In this document: positions 27,511 to 35,689 of the stretch, piece after piece | Layout of the letters: every line of letters starts with the position of its first letter | Position numbering within the stretch: position 1 is the stretch's first letter | Assembly (NCBI GenBank): GCA_964428615.1 | Contig: CAYRXZ010000001.1 | Span: forward strand, 2,334 to 66,333 | Direction of reading: 5' to 3' | DNA: 64,000 nt | Source: an uncultured Candidatus Saccharibacteria bacterium | GTDB lineage: Bacteria; Patescibacteriota; Minisyncoccia; UBA6257; UBA9933 | Notes under the pieces: generated by a model | Seen by the model: the letters and a program-made list of their open reading frames with translations, nothing else | Told to the model about the DNA's origin: nothing | Database searches by the model: none | Position numbers and translations under genes: made by a program

Positions 27511-28173
27511 TTACTTCTTTAGCCTAAAACTTCTAACAATCTCGGAAAACACACTTTTATACTCATCCCAGCTGCTTTTGGTTGTGTTAAAAGACATTAC
27601 CCAAACATCATCTCCTTCGCCCGGAATCGCCACTATTAAAACCTTAAAATCTACTCCTTGCTGAGTTAATTCTCCTTCTACCGCGCGGACAGATTTGTCA
27701 TTTATATTTACATCTTGCTCGTTAGCAAAAACAGTATTTGAAACAACTTGTGAAAGCGCATCTTTAACGGTTTGCATATATTCAGCCAAGTTTTTTCCTT
27801 GAAGAGTATCGTAGCTCACCGCAAAATAACTTCTAAAATTAATTTTTTGCGCTGCAGGGTCATTGAGTTGTTCACTAACATTAACTGCCATTGCCGAAGC
27901 CCCAATTACAGGCTCTGTTTTTTGCCAACCCAAAGGGAAAACAACATCAAAATCATCAGTTACAAGTTTATTTTGTAATTGCTCGTCACCCATTCCATTA
28001 TTTTGATTTCCCATTGGCGTTTGTTGCGCAGTATTTTCAGAAGAATTAATTAGCGGTTTATTCTGCTTAATAAAGTAAAAACTAATTAATGCCGCAATAA
28101 CAACAACTACGATTATTAAAACGAGAATTACAATTTTGTTTTTCATATATTTATTATTATTATAACACCTCAA
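27511..28173 (-). CDS. Hypothetical membrane-anchored protein
   Basis: 220 aa; N-terminal TM, no known domain. Confidence 0.3.
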   Translation of the reverse strand: MRCYNNNKYMKNKIVILVLIIVVVVIAALISFYFIKQNKPLINSSENTAQQTPMGNQNNGMGDEQLQNKLVTDDFDVVFPLGWQKTEPVIGASAMAVNVSEQLNDPAAQKINFRSYFAVSYDTLQGKNLAEYMQTVKDALSQVVSNTVFANEQDVNINDKSVRAVEGELTQQGVDFKVLIVAIPGEGDDVWVMSFNTTKSSWDEYKSVFSEIVRSFRLKK

Positions 28174-28210
28174 TAGAACAACTCTATAATTAACGAAGTT
28201 TTTATTTTTT

Positions 28211-28696
28211 TTAATTTATCTGCGCGAAAAGTACCACATAATTCTTACCGTATGCTTTGGCGCACTTTGGGCAAGTGGTATAAGAAAAGTATAATTTATT
28301 TAACTTCTTACCTTTATTCTCAACATGTATCTTCATTTCTTGCGCCCATTTACCGGCATTTTTATATGGTCCTTCAAAAACTTTTGTTAAAAAAGTTCCG
28401 GAGAGAGCCGCCATTTGTGCGCCAGAGACATCTTTAGATACATCAATATAAATATCCGCGCCCCAAAGAGATTTCTCGTCTGTTAACATTAATTGCTGTG
28501 GCGCTTTAGCATCCGCCTTCTCGATTAATTCCATATTCTTAACTATTTTTTTCCCTATATTAAGAGGCATATGAAAAAAGCTAGTAATATGGTCTTTCAC
28601 AAAAATTTTATCTTTCCATGCAATTTCTTTATCCTGCCACGGCTCAGGATTAAACGGCTCGCAACAACCTGTTGATTTTATTGTTTGATTATCCAT
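28211..28696 (-). CDS. Hypothetical protein with C-terminal CPKC motif
   Basis: 161 aa; no recognised domain. Confidence 0.3.
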   Translation of the reverse strand: MDNQTIKSTGCCEPFNPEPWQDKEIAWKDKIFVKDHITSFFHMPLNIGKKIVKNMELIEKADAKAPQQLMLTDEKSLWGADIYIDVSKDVSGAQMAALSGTFLTKVFEGPYKNAGKWAQEMKIHVENKGKKLNKLYFSYTTCPKCAKAYGKNYVVLFAQIN

Positions 28697-28740
28697 ATTT
28701 TTATTATACCATTATATTCCGCCAACCACAAAATAAACAA

Positions 28741-28770
28741 AAAAACAGGCGTTTTACGCCTGTTTTTATA
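28741..28770. terminator. Rho-independent terminator (AAAAA CAGGCGttttaCGCCTG TTTTT)
   Basis: 7-bp perfect stem with flanking A/T runs right after stop of 28785..29087 gene. Confidence 0.55.
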
Positions 28771-28784
28771 CAAATATCTATTTT

Positions 28785-29087
28785 CTATTTCTGCTTACGC
28801 ATTTCACGTATATCTTTTTTTACAACCCTAGCTACATCGCCGCCTATCTTAATGCTATTTTTAAGGCCGACTTTAAGCGACTTCATGCCTTTTTTCCCCG
28901 CTTTTTTAGCAGCCACTTCAAATTCTTCTTTATATTTTTTCCGCTGAGGCTCTGAGGCTTTCCATTTTTTCTGTATTACTTTCGCCATCTTGCCGGCTTG
29001 CTTATCCGCTTTTTTCGCTAATACTCCTGTTTTTTTTGCCGCGCCTCGCGCGAATGATTTTATCTTTTTTATCGTTTTTTTGTTCAT
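28785..29087 (-). CDS. Highly basic Lys/Ala-rich small protein (histone-H1-like, hypothetical)
   Basis: 100 aa, ~35% Lys, AKKAGKK repeats. Confidence 0.35.
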   Translation of the reverse strand: MNKKTIKKIKSFARGAAKKTGVLAKKADKQAGKMAKVIQKKWKASEPQRKKYKEEFEVAAKKAGKKGMKSLKVGLKNSIKIGGDVARVVKKDIREMRKQK

Positions 29088-29316
29088 TTTATTTAATTAT
29101 TTTTACGCAAAAATTCAATTTCGCCCCTTTATTCAATTAAGTTTAATTCCTATAGTGGCGTAAATCAATATTTTTAACTTCCCGGACAACCTATCCGCCG
29201 ACAGGCAGGTTTAAGCCCATAATCTTAAAATCATTATATCAGATTTTACCCTACCCTACTACTCACGATTTTATTATACCACGAAAAATAAAAAATCCCG
29301 CTTTTTATTTTTCGTT

Positions 29317-29844
29317 TTAACGACGAAGGAAGTTCGCGACTCCTACTAATTGAAGTTTATATTCACCCTGAGAAACCTGTCTCAGGGTTATAGTCTCGGA
29401 TGTGTATGAACCAGAGAATATTCCATAGCCTCCTCCAGATAAATTTTCAATACGAGAGCCATTAAGCAATGCTTCCATATTTAGTGTTTCAATGTCCCAA
29501 TTATCACAAGTAGCGCCGCCATATGGAATATTTTTTGTTGATCCGTACATAAATTGACCATAGATGTGATTATTATTTTGGCTTGTTATTTTTAATTTGA
29601 TTGGACCCGTAAAAGTACAATAATTATCCGGAACATTAGTATTTTTAAAAGACGCTACGCCCTCCCAATTTCCTTTGAGATCGGCCACGGCCCCAAGATT
29701 AAATTTAGTTTCATCAATCTTTATATTCTCAATAGGTTTAATTTTTATTTCTGATTTTGATCTAAAAACAAAAACAGGAACAACTACAATGATTATTGTA
29801 GTAATAAGTACAAAAGGCCAAAATTTTACTAACCATGGACGCAT
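29317..29844 (-). CDS. Hypothetical exported protein (N-terminal TM)
   Basis: 175 aa; no known domain. Confidence 0.3.
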   Translation of the reverse strand: MRPWLVKFWPFVLITTIIIVVVPVFVFRSKSEIKIKPIENIKIDETKFNLGAVADLKGNWEGVASFKNTNVPDNYCTFTGPIKLKITSQNNNHIYGQFMYGSTKNIPYGGATCDNWDIETLNMEALLNGSRIENLSGGGYGIFSGSYTSETITLRQVSQGEYKLQLVGVANFLRR

Positions 29845-29866
29845 ATTTTTATTTCAACATACAATT

Positions 29867-29917
29867 TGGCTCCCCGGGTAGGATTTTCCGCCAAAGCGGA
29901 ATAAACTTCCCTACAAC
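29867..29917 (-). pseudogene. tRNA 3'-half-like fragment (T-arm with hairpin insert + acceptor 3' strand)
   Basis: Reverse complement GGTTGTAGG-[GAAGTTTATTCCGCTTTGGCGGAAA]-ATCCTACC-CGGGGAGCC aligns to T-arm/acceptor of adjacent tRNA-Asn. Confidence 0.45.
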
Positions 29918-29936
29918 CTTTTATATTTAAACTTCT

Positions 29937-29998
29937 CTGCTCCGCGGGTAGGATTCTTCGCCTAAGGCGAATGCGCCTCTGGCTCAGAACCTACAAAT
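29937..29998 (-). pseudogene. tRNA 3'-half-like fragment with 31-nt structured insert in T-loop
   Basis: Reverse complement TTGTAGGTTC-[TGAGCCAGAGGCGCATTCGCCTTAGGCGAAG]-AATCCTACC-CGCGGAGCA; insert identical (1 mismatch) to that at 30354..30400. Confidence 0.45.
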
Positions 29999-30250
29999 CT
30001 ATATCAATAAATTATTTAACTCTTTTCTCCCTTGACCAGATTTCAAAAATTTTTCACGTTTCATTGCTTCGCTACGAGTTAAGAATCCCTCCCTATAAAT
30101 CAGTTTCCACGGCATTCTCCCCTTAGTATAACGACATTTCCCCGAATTATGTTCCTTTATTCTTTTACTAAGATTATTTGTACTGCCAATATATTTAGTA
30201 TCAAAAGACGAACTTTTTATTACGTGTAATACATTGCAAATAAAATCCCT
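29999..30250 (-). CDS. Small GIY-YIG nuclease (YhbQ/COG2827-like); start codon ambiguous
   Basis: KYIGSTNNLSKRIKEHNSGK...PWKLIYREGFLTRSEAMKREKFLK = GIY-YIG core; the ORF-track N-terminus (to 30328) is just translated tRNA-Asn; no in-frame ATG after the tRNA. Confidence 0.5.
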   Translation of the reverse strand, partial: RDFICNVLHVIKSSSFDTKYIGSTNNLSKRIKEHNSGKCRYTKGRMPWKLIYREGFLTRSEAMKREKFLKSGQGRKELNNLLI

Positions 30251-30326
30251 TGCTCCGGCGGTAGGATTCGAACCTACAACCTTATCCTTAACAGGGATTT
30301 GCTCTGCCGTTGAGCTACGCCGGAGC
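30251..30326 (-). tRNA. tRNA-Asn (anticodon GTT), CCA not encoded
   Basis: Reverse complement GCTCCGGCGTAGCTCAACGGCAGAGCAAATCCCTGTTAAGGATAAGGTTGTAGGTTCGAATCCTACCGCCGGAGCA folds as cloverleaf; anticodon loop CTGTTAA. Confidence 0.8.
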
Positions 30327-30353
30327 AAAAGATTTTATTAAATAAATTTACAT

Positions 30354-30465
30354 TTGGTAGGATTCTTCGCCTAAGGCGAATGCGCCTCTGGCGCAGAACC
30401 TACAACCGTCTCGTTAACAGCAAGCTGCTCTGCCTCCGCCAGCCGGCGGAGAGCTACGCCGGAGC
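30354..30465 (-). pseudogene. Degenerate tRNA-Asn(GTT)-like copy with 17-nt D-loop and 31-nt T-loop hairpin insertions, lacking 3' acceptor strand
   Basis: Reverse complement GCTCCGGCGTAGCTC-[TCCGCCGGCTGGCGGAG]-GCAGAGCA-GCTTGCTGTTAACGAGAC-GGTTGTAGGTTC-[TGCGCCAGAGGCGCATTCGCCTTAGGCGAAG]-AATCCTACC then AAATG. Confidence 0.5.
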
Positions 30466-30473
30466 AAAGCATT

Positions 30474-30872
30474 TTATACTTTCTTGTCTTTTCCTTTTTT
30501 GTCCAATTTTTTCAGCTGATTTTTTATTTCCTCCAAATCGCTTTTTATCTGTCTTAAACTTACTGCCTCGCCTCTTAATTCTTCTTCTGTTTTTTCATCA
30601 ATTCTCTTTTCTTCTTTAATACCGCTCAGTAAAATTTGGTCGCCGATAAAAAAAGAAACAAATAATCCAGTTGTCAATAAAATAAGAACGCTTATTAATA
30701 TTGAAACTGGTCCTGTCATAAAGGGAAACATGTCTGCTGTCATCCAAATTCCGCGCCAAAGCAAAACAATACCTATACTTCCAACTATCGCGTAAAGAAC
30801 CGGATGATGTGAAAGCGCCCCTCTGACTTTATCCTCAAATTTATCAAAAAATTTCATCATATTCATACTCAA
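30474..30872 (-). CDS. Hypothetical membrane protein with C-terminal coiled coil
   Basis: 132 aa; 2 TM helices then charged helix. Confidence 0.35.
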   Translation of the reverse strand: MSMNMMKFFDKFEDKVRGALSHHPVLYAIVGSIGIVLLWRGIWMTADMFPFMTGPVSILISVLILLTTGLFVSFFIGDQILLSGIKEEKRIDEKTEEELRGEAVSLRQIKSDLEEIKNQLKKLDKKGKDKKV

Positions 30873-30930
30873 AATTCAACAATCACCATTATAATTTTTA
30901 AAAGGCTCCCTGTCAAAGACATGGGAGCCT

Positions 30931-31326
30931 TTATTGATAAGCATTTATGGCTTCCACTATTCTATTTTTCATAGTCTCGTAGCTTTCATAAAATTCTATC
31001 TCCACAGTTGGGATATCCGGGTGCCTTTTCTTATGATTCTCTACCCATGCCTTCCCTGTAATAGACAAGGGGATAGATTGATATTTTCTTTTATCTATCC
31101 GAACTACGTAAAAATCTATACCTTCTTTAATATCCGAATAAGAAAATCTACCCGACGGAACAAACCCACTAATAATCCCTGAAGTTTTTAACTCTTTAAG
31201 AATTTTATTTACCATAAACTCTCTTCGCTTACCGATTCTTTCGCTGGCCCAATTACCGCAACTCTTAATTTCTTCTTTTATTTTTTCCCTTAACAAGAAG
31301 AATCTAACCATTTTGGGTTTTTTCAA
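30931..31326 (-). CDS. Hypothetical protein
   Basis: 131 aa; no recognised motif. Confidence 0.3.
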   Translation of the reverse strand: MKKPKMVRFFLLREKIKEEIKSCGNWASERIGKRREFMVNKILKELKTSGIISGFVPSGRFSYSDIKEGIDFYVVRIDKRKYQSIPLSITGKAWVENHKKRHPDIPTVEIEFYESYETMKNRIVEAINAYQ

Positions 31327-31369
31327 TTTCTATCGCCTCCTTTATTTTTTTATTTTTTTGAATGTTCTG

Positions 31370-31442
31370 TGCGCCCACCAGGGCTCGAACCTGGGACCTT
31401 CTCCTTAAAAGGGAGCCGCTCTACCAACTGAGCTATGGGCGC
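31370..31442 (-). tRNA. tRNA-Lys (anticodon TTT)
   Basis: Reverse complement GCGCCCATAGCTCAGTTGGTAGAGCGGCTCCCTTTTAAGGAGAAGGTCCCAGGTTCGAGCCCTGGTGGGCGCA; anticodon loop CTTTTAA. Confidence 0.8.
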
Positions 31443-31496
31443 AAAAGAACCCGTAGCTCGAGAGCATTAGGGCTCTTCTTATTTATTTTAAATCGT

Positions 31497-31940
31497 CTAT
31501 CTGGTTACAGATATCACTTCATCTAATTCAATAGAAGAACTAGAAACGCCAATAGTAATCCGACTGGTTGTGGCGTTTTGAAAAATCTGATATTTGGTAT
31601 CGGCAGCGCTTCCGTCTTTCGGATCAAAAACCATAGTAGAAACATAAGTCGGCACCAAACAAGGTTCCAAATTTACTAAACCGGCATCTGAGCCGATATT
31701 GGTTAGAAAACTAGGAATAGCTACTGTTGAAGCACCACAAGTGGTATTCCAAACTCCTTTATTATCAGCCATTCTTTGCCCAACCGCGTTCAAAATTGTA
31801 TTAACATTGCTCCATCTTTGAGTATTTCTTGCTTGAGCAAATTGCCGGGCTGGATTTAAAGCCACAATAACAACTGCCGCTAAAATAGCAATAATACCGA
31901 TAACTACCAACAATTCTATCAAAGTAAAACCTTTATTCAT
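31497..31940 (-). CDS. Type IV pilin / competence pseudopilin (prepilin N-terminal methylation domain)
   Basis: MNKGFTLIELLVVIGIIAILAAVV class-III signal peptide. Confidence 0.7.
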   Translation of the reverse strand: MNKGFTLIELLVVIGIIAILAAVVIVALNPARQFAQARNTQRWSNVNTILNAVGQRMADNKGVWNTTCGASTVAIPSFLTNIGSDAGLVNLEPCLVPTYVSTMVFDPKDGSAADTKYQIFQNATTSRITIGVSSSSIELDEVISVTR

Positions 31941-32012
31941 AACATATTTAACATTTTAGATAATCTTTCGACCTTTAATTTACGCCTTTATTATACCAAT
32001 ATATTAAAAAAA

Positions 32013-32390
32013 TCAAAATTTCGCAACTTCTTCCCAAAAAATAATCGATAAATCGCTTTCTTGAGCCGTAATTTTTAAATTGGTAGTTGCTTTCTGGAAA
32101 ATTGCCTTAGTTTTAATGATTTTTTGACTCGAGACGGTTTCAATCGGCAAAATAAAACACTGATATTCGCCTACAGAAATATTTTCATCGCCATTATAAG
32201 ATCTATCCCATGATAATTTTAATAAAGCCGTTTCAACACATGCCTCGGCCAAAGCAAAACTTCGTTCTTTGAATTCGGCGTCCAAAATATTAGCGCGGCT
32301 GAAAAAACCCGTAGAACTGACGGTTAAAGTAATCGTCATAAGTAAAATCGAAATAATAATTGTGGATATAATAGCAATATAACCTTTCAT
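32013..32390 (-). CDS. Hypothetical pilus-operon membrane protein (minor pilin-like)
   Basis: 125 aa; N-terminal hydrophobic helix; sits inside the pilin gene run. Confidence 0.3.
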   Translation of the reverse strand: MKGYIAIISTIIISILLMTITLTVSSTGFFSRANILDAEFKERSFALAEACVETALLKLSWDRSYNGDENISVGEYQCFILPIETVSSQKIIKTKAIFQKATTNLKITAQESDLSIIFWEEVAKF

Positions 32391-32848
32391 TTTCTTAAAT
32401 ATATAGTCGTATTAAATAATTTTGAATTGACTATTAAATTTATTTTTATTGCTTCCGGCAAATTGCCGTTAGCCGCCTGATGTTCAAAAATAACATTATT
32501 CACGGCAATATTTTGGCTGTTTAAGATATTCCACTCGTTCAAACCATTTTTTAATCTAAGATTATTAGAATTTAAATCAACAATAATTGGGTTGTCGGAA
32601 AAATTGGCTTTATTGACGGAAAGCGTTGAACTAGTTGCGTCAACCGGCGGGATATTGATTGCTGTCGCTCCGATTAAAGCCCATTTAATTTTTTGAAGCA
32701 GAAAATTCGCTTCTTGCTCAATAATGATTGAGTCATAAATACCATTATTGCTTTCAATTATTTGATAAACCGCCACAAGAGAACCGCCGATGATAATGGA
32801 GGTTAAAGCAGAATAGATTAAAATTTCAATTAAAGTAAAACCCCGCAT
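32387..32848 (-). CDS. Minor pseudopilin (prepilin-type N-terminal domain)
   Basis: MRGFTLIEILIYSALTSIIIGG prepilin-like leader. Confidence 0.55.
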   Translation of the reverse strand: MRGFTLIEILIYSALTSIIIGGSLVAVYQIIESNNGIYDSIIIEQEANFLLQKIKWALIGATAINIPPVDATSSTLSVNKANFSDNPIIVDLNSNNLRLKNGLNEWNILNSQNIAVNNVIFEHQAANGNLPEAIKINLIVNSKLFNTTIYLRK

Positions 32849-32849
32849 A

Positions 32850-34232
32850 TTAAGGACTTGATGTAATAATTCTTAAAGCGTCGTTTGAACGGACCGAAAC
32901 ATAAATAATATTGTCTTCATAATCTATGCCTGTAGCCATTTGTGGAAAATTAAAAAAACTCCATAACAAAGGACTGGAAGGATTGGAAATATTATATATT
33001 TTAAATTCCGCGTTGGCGTCTTCCGTTACCAAAAAAGCCAAAGAACCGGCTGAAACAATATCGCGAGTTTTATCGCCGATTGAAACTGAACCAACGATTG
33101 CCATATTGGAAACGTCGGAAGCGTTAACGATATAAAATTTTGTTTTTTCGCCAACCAGTATCTTGTCTTCGCTTTTTGAATAAACACTATAAGTATAATC
33201 GCCGATGTCGATTGACCCCAAAATAAACGGCGAGGTTGAGCTTACCACATCAACCACAATCATTCCTCTTTTAAAATCTTCAGTACCTAAATAAGCCCGA
33301 TTATTTAAAACATAAATGTCATTAATTCCATTGCCAACGCCTGAAAGGCCGGAAACTAATGAAGGATTTAAAGGATTATTCACATCAATAATTGAAAATT
33401 CCTGAGGGGCTCCGCTGGCGCGGCCGACATAAACATAATTATCCCAATAAAATATTGTTAAAGCGTCGGCATCGCCGGGCAAATCAAGAGAAGCTATTTC
33501 AACCGGCGCCGACAAATTACTAACATCAACAACGATGAATTCCTTATTATCATCCTTGCCGACCGTATAAGCGTAATTGCCGGCAACATCAATACTATTT
33601 AACCCTTCTCCCATATTAAGACTGGAAATAATAAAAGGACTTTGACCGTTGGCGGCATCAACGATAAAAAAATCCGGTTTGGTTTCAACACTCGCGATTG
33701 CCGAAAGATAAATAATTTTATTTTTAACATCTAAATCGGTGGCGGAAACTCCAGCTCCAAGATCAATTGAGCCCAAAGTTCGAGGATTTTCCCAATTGCC
33801 CGAAGGAGGACTTCCTCCGGTATCGCCGCCGGTCTCAAGAACCACCTGCTTATCCGTAATTAAAGTAACTAATTCAATTTTTTGCGGCCGCAATTTTTCA
33901 ATTTGCCAACTAACACGACTGATAATTTTTTTAGTATAAGTGTCAATATTATCAATAATTATTTCTTTTAAATAAATATCTTCCGTTGATGAACTTGATA
34001 TTAAAGAATTAAAATCTTGTTTGCCAGTCGCCCAAGCAGTTTCCAAAATTTGACGATTAAGATAAAGCGCCTGGTTACTCAATTCTGCGTCTATCGCCGT
34101 TGACTGATTCCCAAAAGAAATTATAACGGCGGCAGCAATACTTGTCGTTAAAATAAAAAGCGAAATAAGGATTTCCAGAGTGGATTGCCCCGTAGAATAA
34201 TTTTTTTTATTACCAATTAATTCTTCCTTCAT
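32850..34232 (-). CDS. Pilus-associated protein with N-terminal pilin-like helix and LVIVD-repeat beta-propeller
   Basis: 460 aa; TLEILISLFILTTSIAAAVI N-terminal helix; repeated ~40-aa units (FIVVDVSNLSAP, FSIIDVNNPLNP, MIVVDVVSSTSP, FKIYNISNPSSP) typical of LVIVD repeats. Confidence 0.45.
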   Translation of the reverse strand: MKEELIGNKKNYSTGQSTLEILISLFILTTSIAAAVIISFGNQSTAIDAELSNQALYLNRQILETAWATGKQDFNSLISSSSTEDIYLKEIIIDNIDTYTKKIISRVSWQIEKLRPQKIELVTLITDKQVVLETGGDTGGSPPSGNWENPRTLGSIDLGAGVSATDLDVKNKIIYLSAIASVETKPDFFIVDAANGQSPFIISSLNMGEGLNSIDVAGNYAYTVGKDDNKEFIVVDVSNLSAPVEIASLDLPGDADALTIFYWDNYVYVGRASGAPQEFSIIDVNNPLNPSLVSGLSGVGNGINDIYVLNNRAYLGTEDFKRGMIVVDVVSSTSPFILGSIDIGDYTYSVYSKSEDKILVGEKTKFYIVNASDVSNMAIVGSVSIGDKTRDIVSAGSLAFLVTEDANAEFKIYNISNPSSPLLWSFFNFPQMATGIDYEDNIIYVSVRSNDALRIITSSP

Positions 34233-34659
34233 TTTGAATTGATATTATTGACGAACGCGTCTCATTGGTCATGGTAATATTTCCTGTAATATTAGGGTTG
34301 CCTGTTAATTGTTCAAAAACGACTTCCTCTAAACCACCGCGAGTTATCGCTTGATTGGCTTTAATAATTTCATCATAAACGGTATCGCGCGATAAATAAT
34401 TTTCGCCTTGAAAAATTATGTATTCGCTATTTTTAAGATAAACGCCATGCTTGACCTCATTGATATTCGTCAACGATTGATTTCTGGCTTTCTGAAGAAC
34501 GCTGACTATTAGATTACGTTCGGAATTAAAACCATGGCTTTTATAGAAATCGATGCCGACAAATAAACCCAAAGCTCCAAGCGCAACAAAAATAGTCATT
34601 GCTATTAATAATTCAATAAGGGTGAAGCCCCTGTTATCTAAGGTTTTGGGTAACTTCAT
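34210..34659 (-). CDS. Major pseudopilin (GspG/ComGC-like), prepilin leader MKLPKTLDNRG|FTLIELL
   Basis: Class-III signal peptide; ORF-track start at 34713 likely over-extended, ATG at 34659 fits leader length. Confidence 0.6.
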   Translation of the reverse strand: MKLPKTLDNRGFTLIELLIAMTIFVALGALGLFVGIDFYKSHGFNSERNLIVSVLQKARNQSLTNINEVKHGVYLKNSEYIIFQGENYLSRDTVYDEIIKANQAITRGGLEEVVFEQLTGNPNITGNITMTNETRSSIISIQNEGRINW

Positions 34660-35689
34660 AAATTGGCGTAATAATTGAAAGAGCGACGAAACCGACAATC
34701 GCCCCCATAACAACCATTAAAAGCGGTTCTAAAACAGTTGATAAATTTTTTGTCATTTCATCAAGTTTTTTTTCGTGGAATTCCGAAAGGTATAAAAGAG
34801 TTTCGCTCAAATTACCCGTTGCCTCGCCGATAGCAATTAATTGCGAAAGCATTGGCGGAAAAAGACGCTGTCTCTTTTCTAAATGTTTTGAAATTTCCCC
34901 GCCACCGGAAATTTCTTTGGCTATTTCTTTAAATTCTTTTCTGTAAATAAGATTGGGCAAGCTATCAGCCGTAATAGAAAGAGCTTCAACGACTTTAACA
35001 TCGCTTTTGAGAAGCAAACTTAAAGTTCGACAAAAGTTCGCCATATTATAATTTTGGGAAATATCGCCGACAAGCGGCGTATAAAGAATTAAACGATCGG
35101 TAAAAAAACGAACCGATTTTATTTTCAACATTAACCAAGCGGAGATAATCATTATAATAATTCCAAAAACAACATAAACACCATAAATTAAAAGAAATTC
35201 ACTGACATTAATAAGAATTCTAGTGGTAATGGGAAGTTGGACTTTCAAACTTTTAAAAATCGGCAGAATTTTAGGAAAAATATAAACTGTTAAAAGACCG
35301 GTAATTATAAAAGTGGCGATAACAATAATAATCGGGTAGATAAGCGCGCTAAGCACTTTACGGCGCAGCTCCCGTTTTTTATTTAATTCTTCCGCCAGAT
35401 AATTTAAATTTTCATAAAGAATGCCACTAGCTTCGCCGACTCTGATGACATTAATCATTAAATCACCAAAGACGCCTTTAAAACGTTCCAAGCTGGTGGA
35501 TAAAAACTGACCATTGGCAATATCTTCGGTAATTTGCCCGAGAATTTCTATCATCGATTTTGACCTCGCCTGTTTTTGAAGAAGTTTAACGCTGTCCAAA
35601 ATCGGCATGCCGGCCTTAATCATCACCGCCAAATTTTTGGCAAAAATGATTTTTTCCTGCAGTGGAATCCAAAAGAAAAATTTATTCAT
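34634..35689 (-). CDS. Type II secretion/type IV pilus platform protein (GspF/PilC/ComGB family)
   Basis: 351 aa; two T2SS-F repeats with 3 TM segments. Confidence 0.7.
   Translation of the reverse strand: MNKFFFWIPLQEKIIFAKNLAVMIKAGMPILDSVKLLQKQARSKSMIEILGQITEDIANGQFLSTSLERFKGVFGDLMINVIRVGEASGILYENLNYLAEELNKKRELRRKVLSALIYPIIIVIATFIITGLLTVYIFPKILPIFKSLKVQLPITTRILINVSEFLLIYGVYVVFGIIIMIISAWLMLKIKSVRFFTDRLILYTPLVGDISQNYNMANFCRTLSLLLKSDVKVVEALSITADSLPNLIYRKEFKEIAKEISGGGEISKHLEKRQRLFPPMLSQLIAIGEATGNLSETLLYLSEFHEKKLDEMTKNLSTVLEPLLMVVMGAIVGFVALSIITPIYEVTQNLR

Noticed and set aside
29088-29316. 229-bp intergenic region with GC-rich segment cccggacaacctatccgccgacaggcagg as possible ncRNA
   Set aside because: No convincing stable secondary structure or recognisable RNA family motif could be established by eye.
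29999-30328. ORF-track 109-aa protein beginning at 30328
   Set aside because: Its first ~26 codons are a translation of the tRNA-Asn gene on the same strand (TTG pseudo-start); only the C-terminal GIY-YIG domain is credible.
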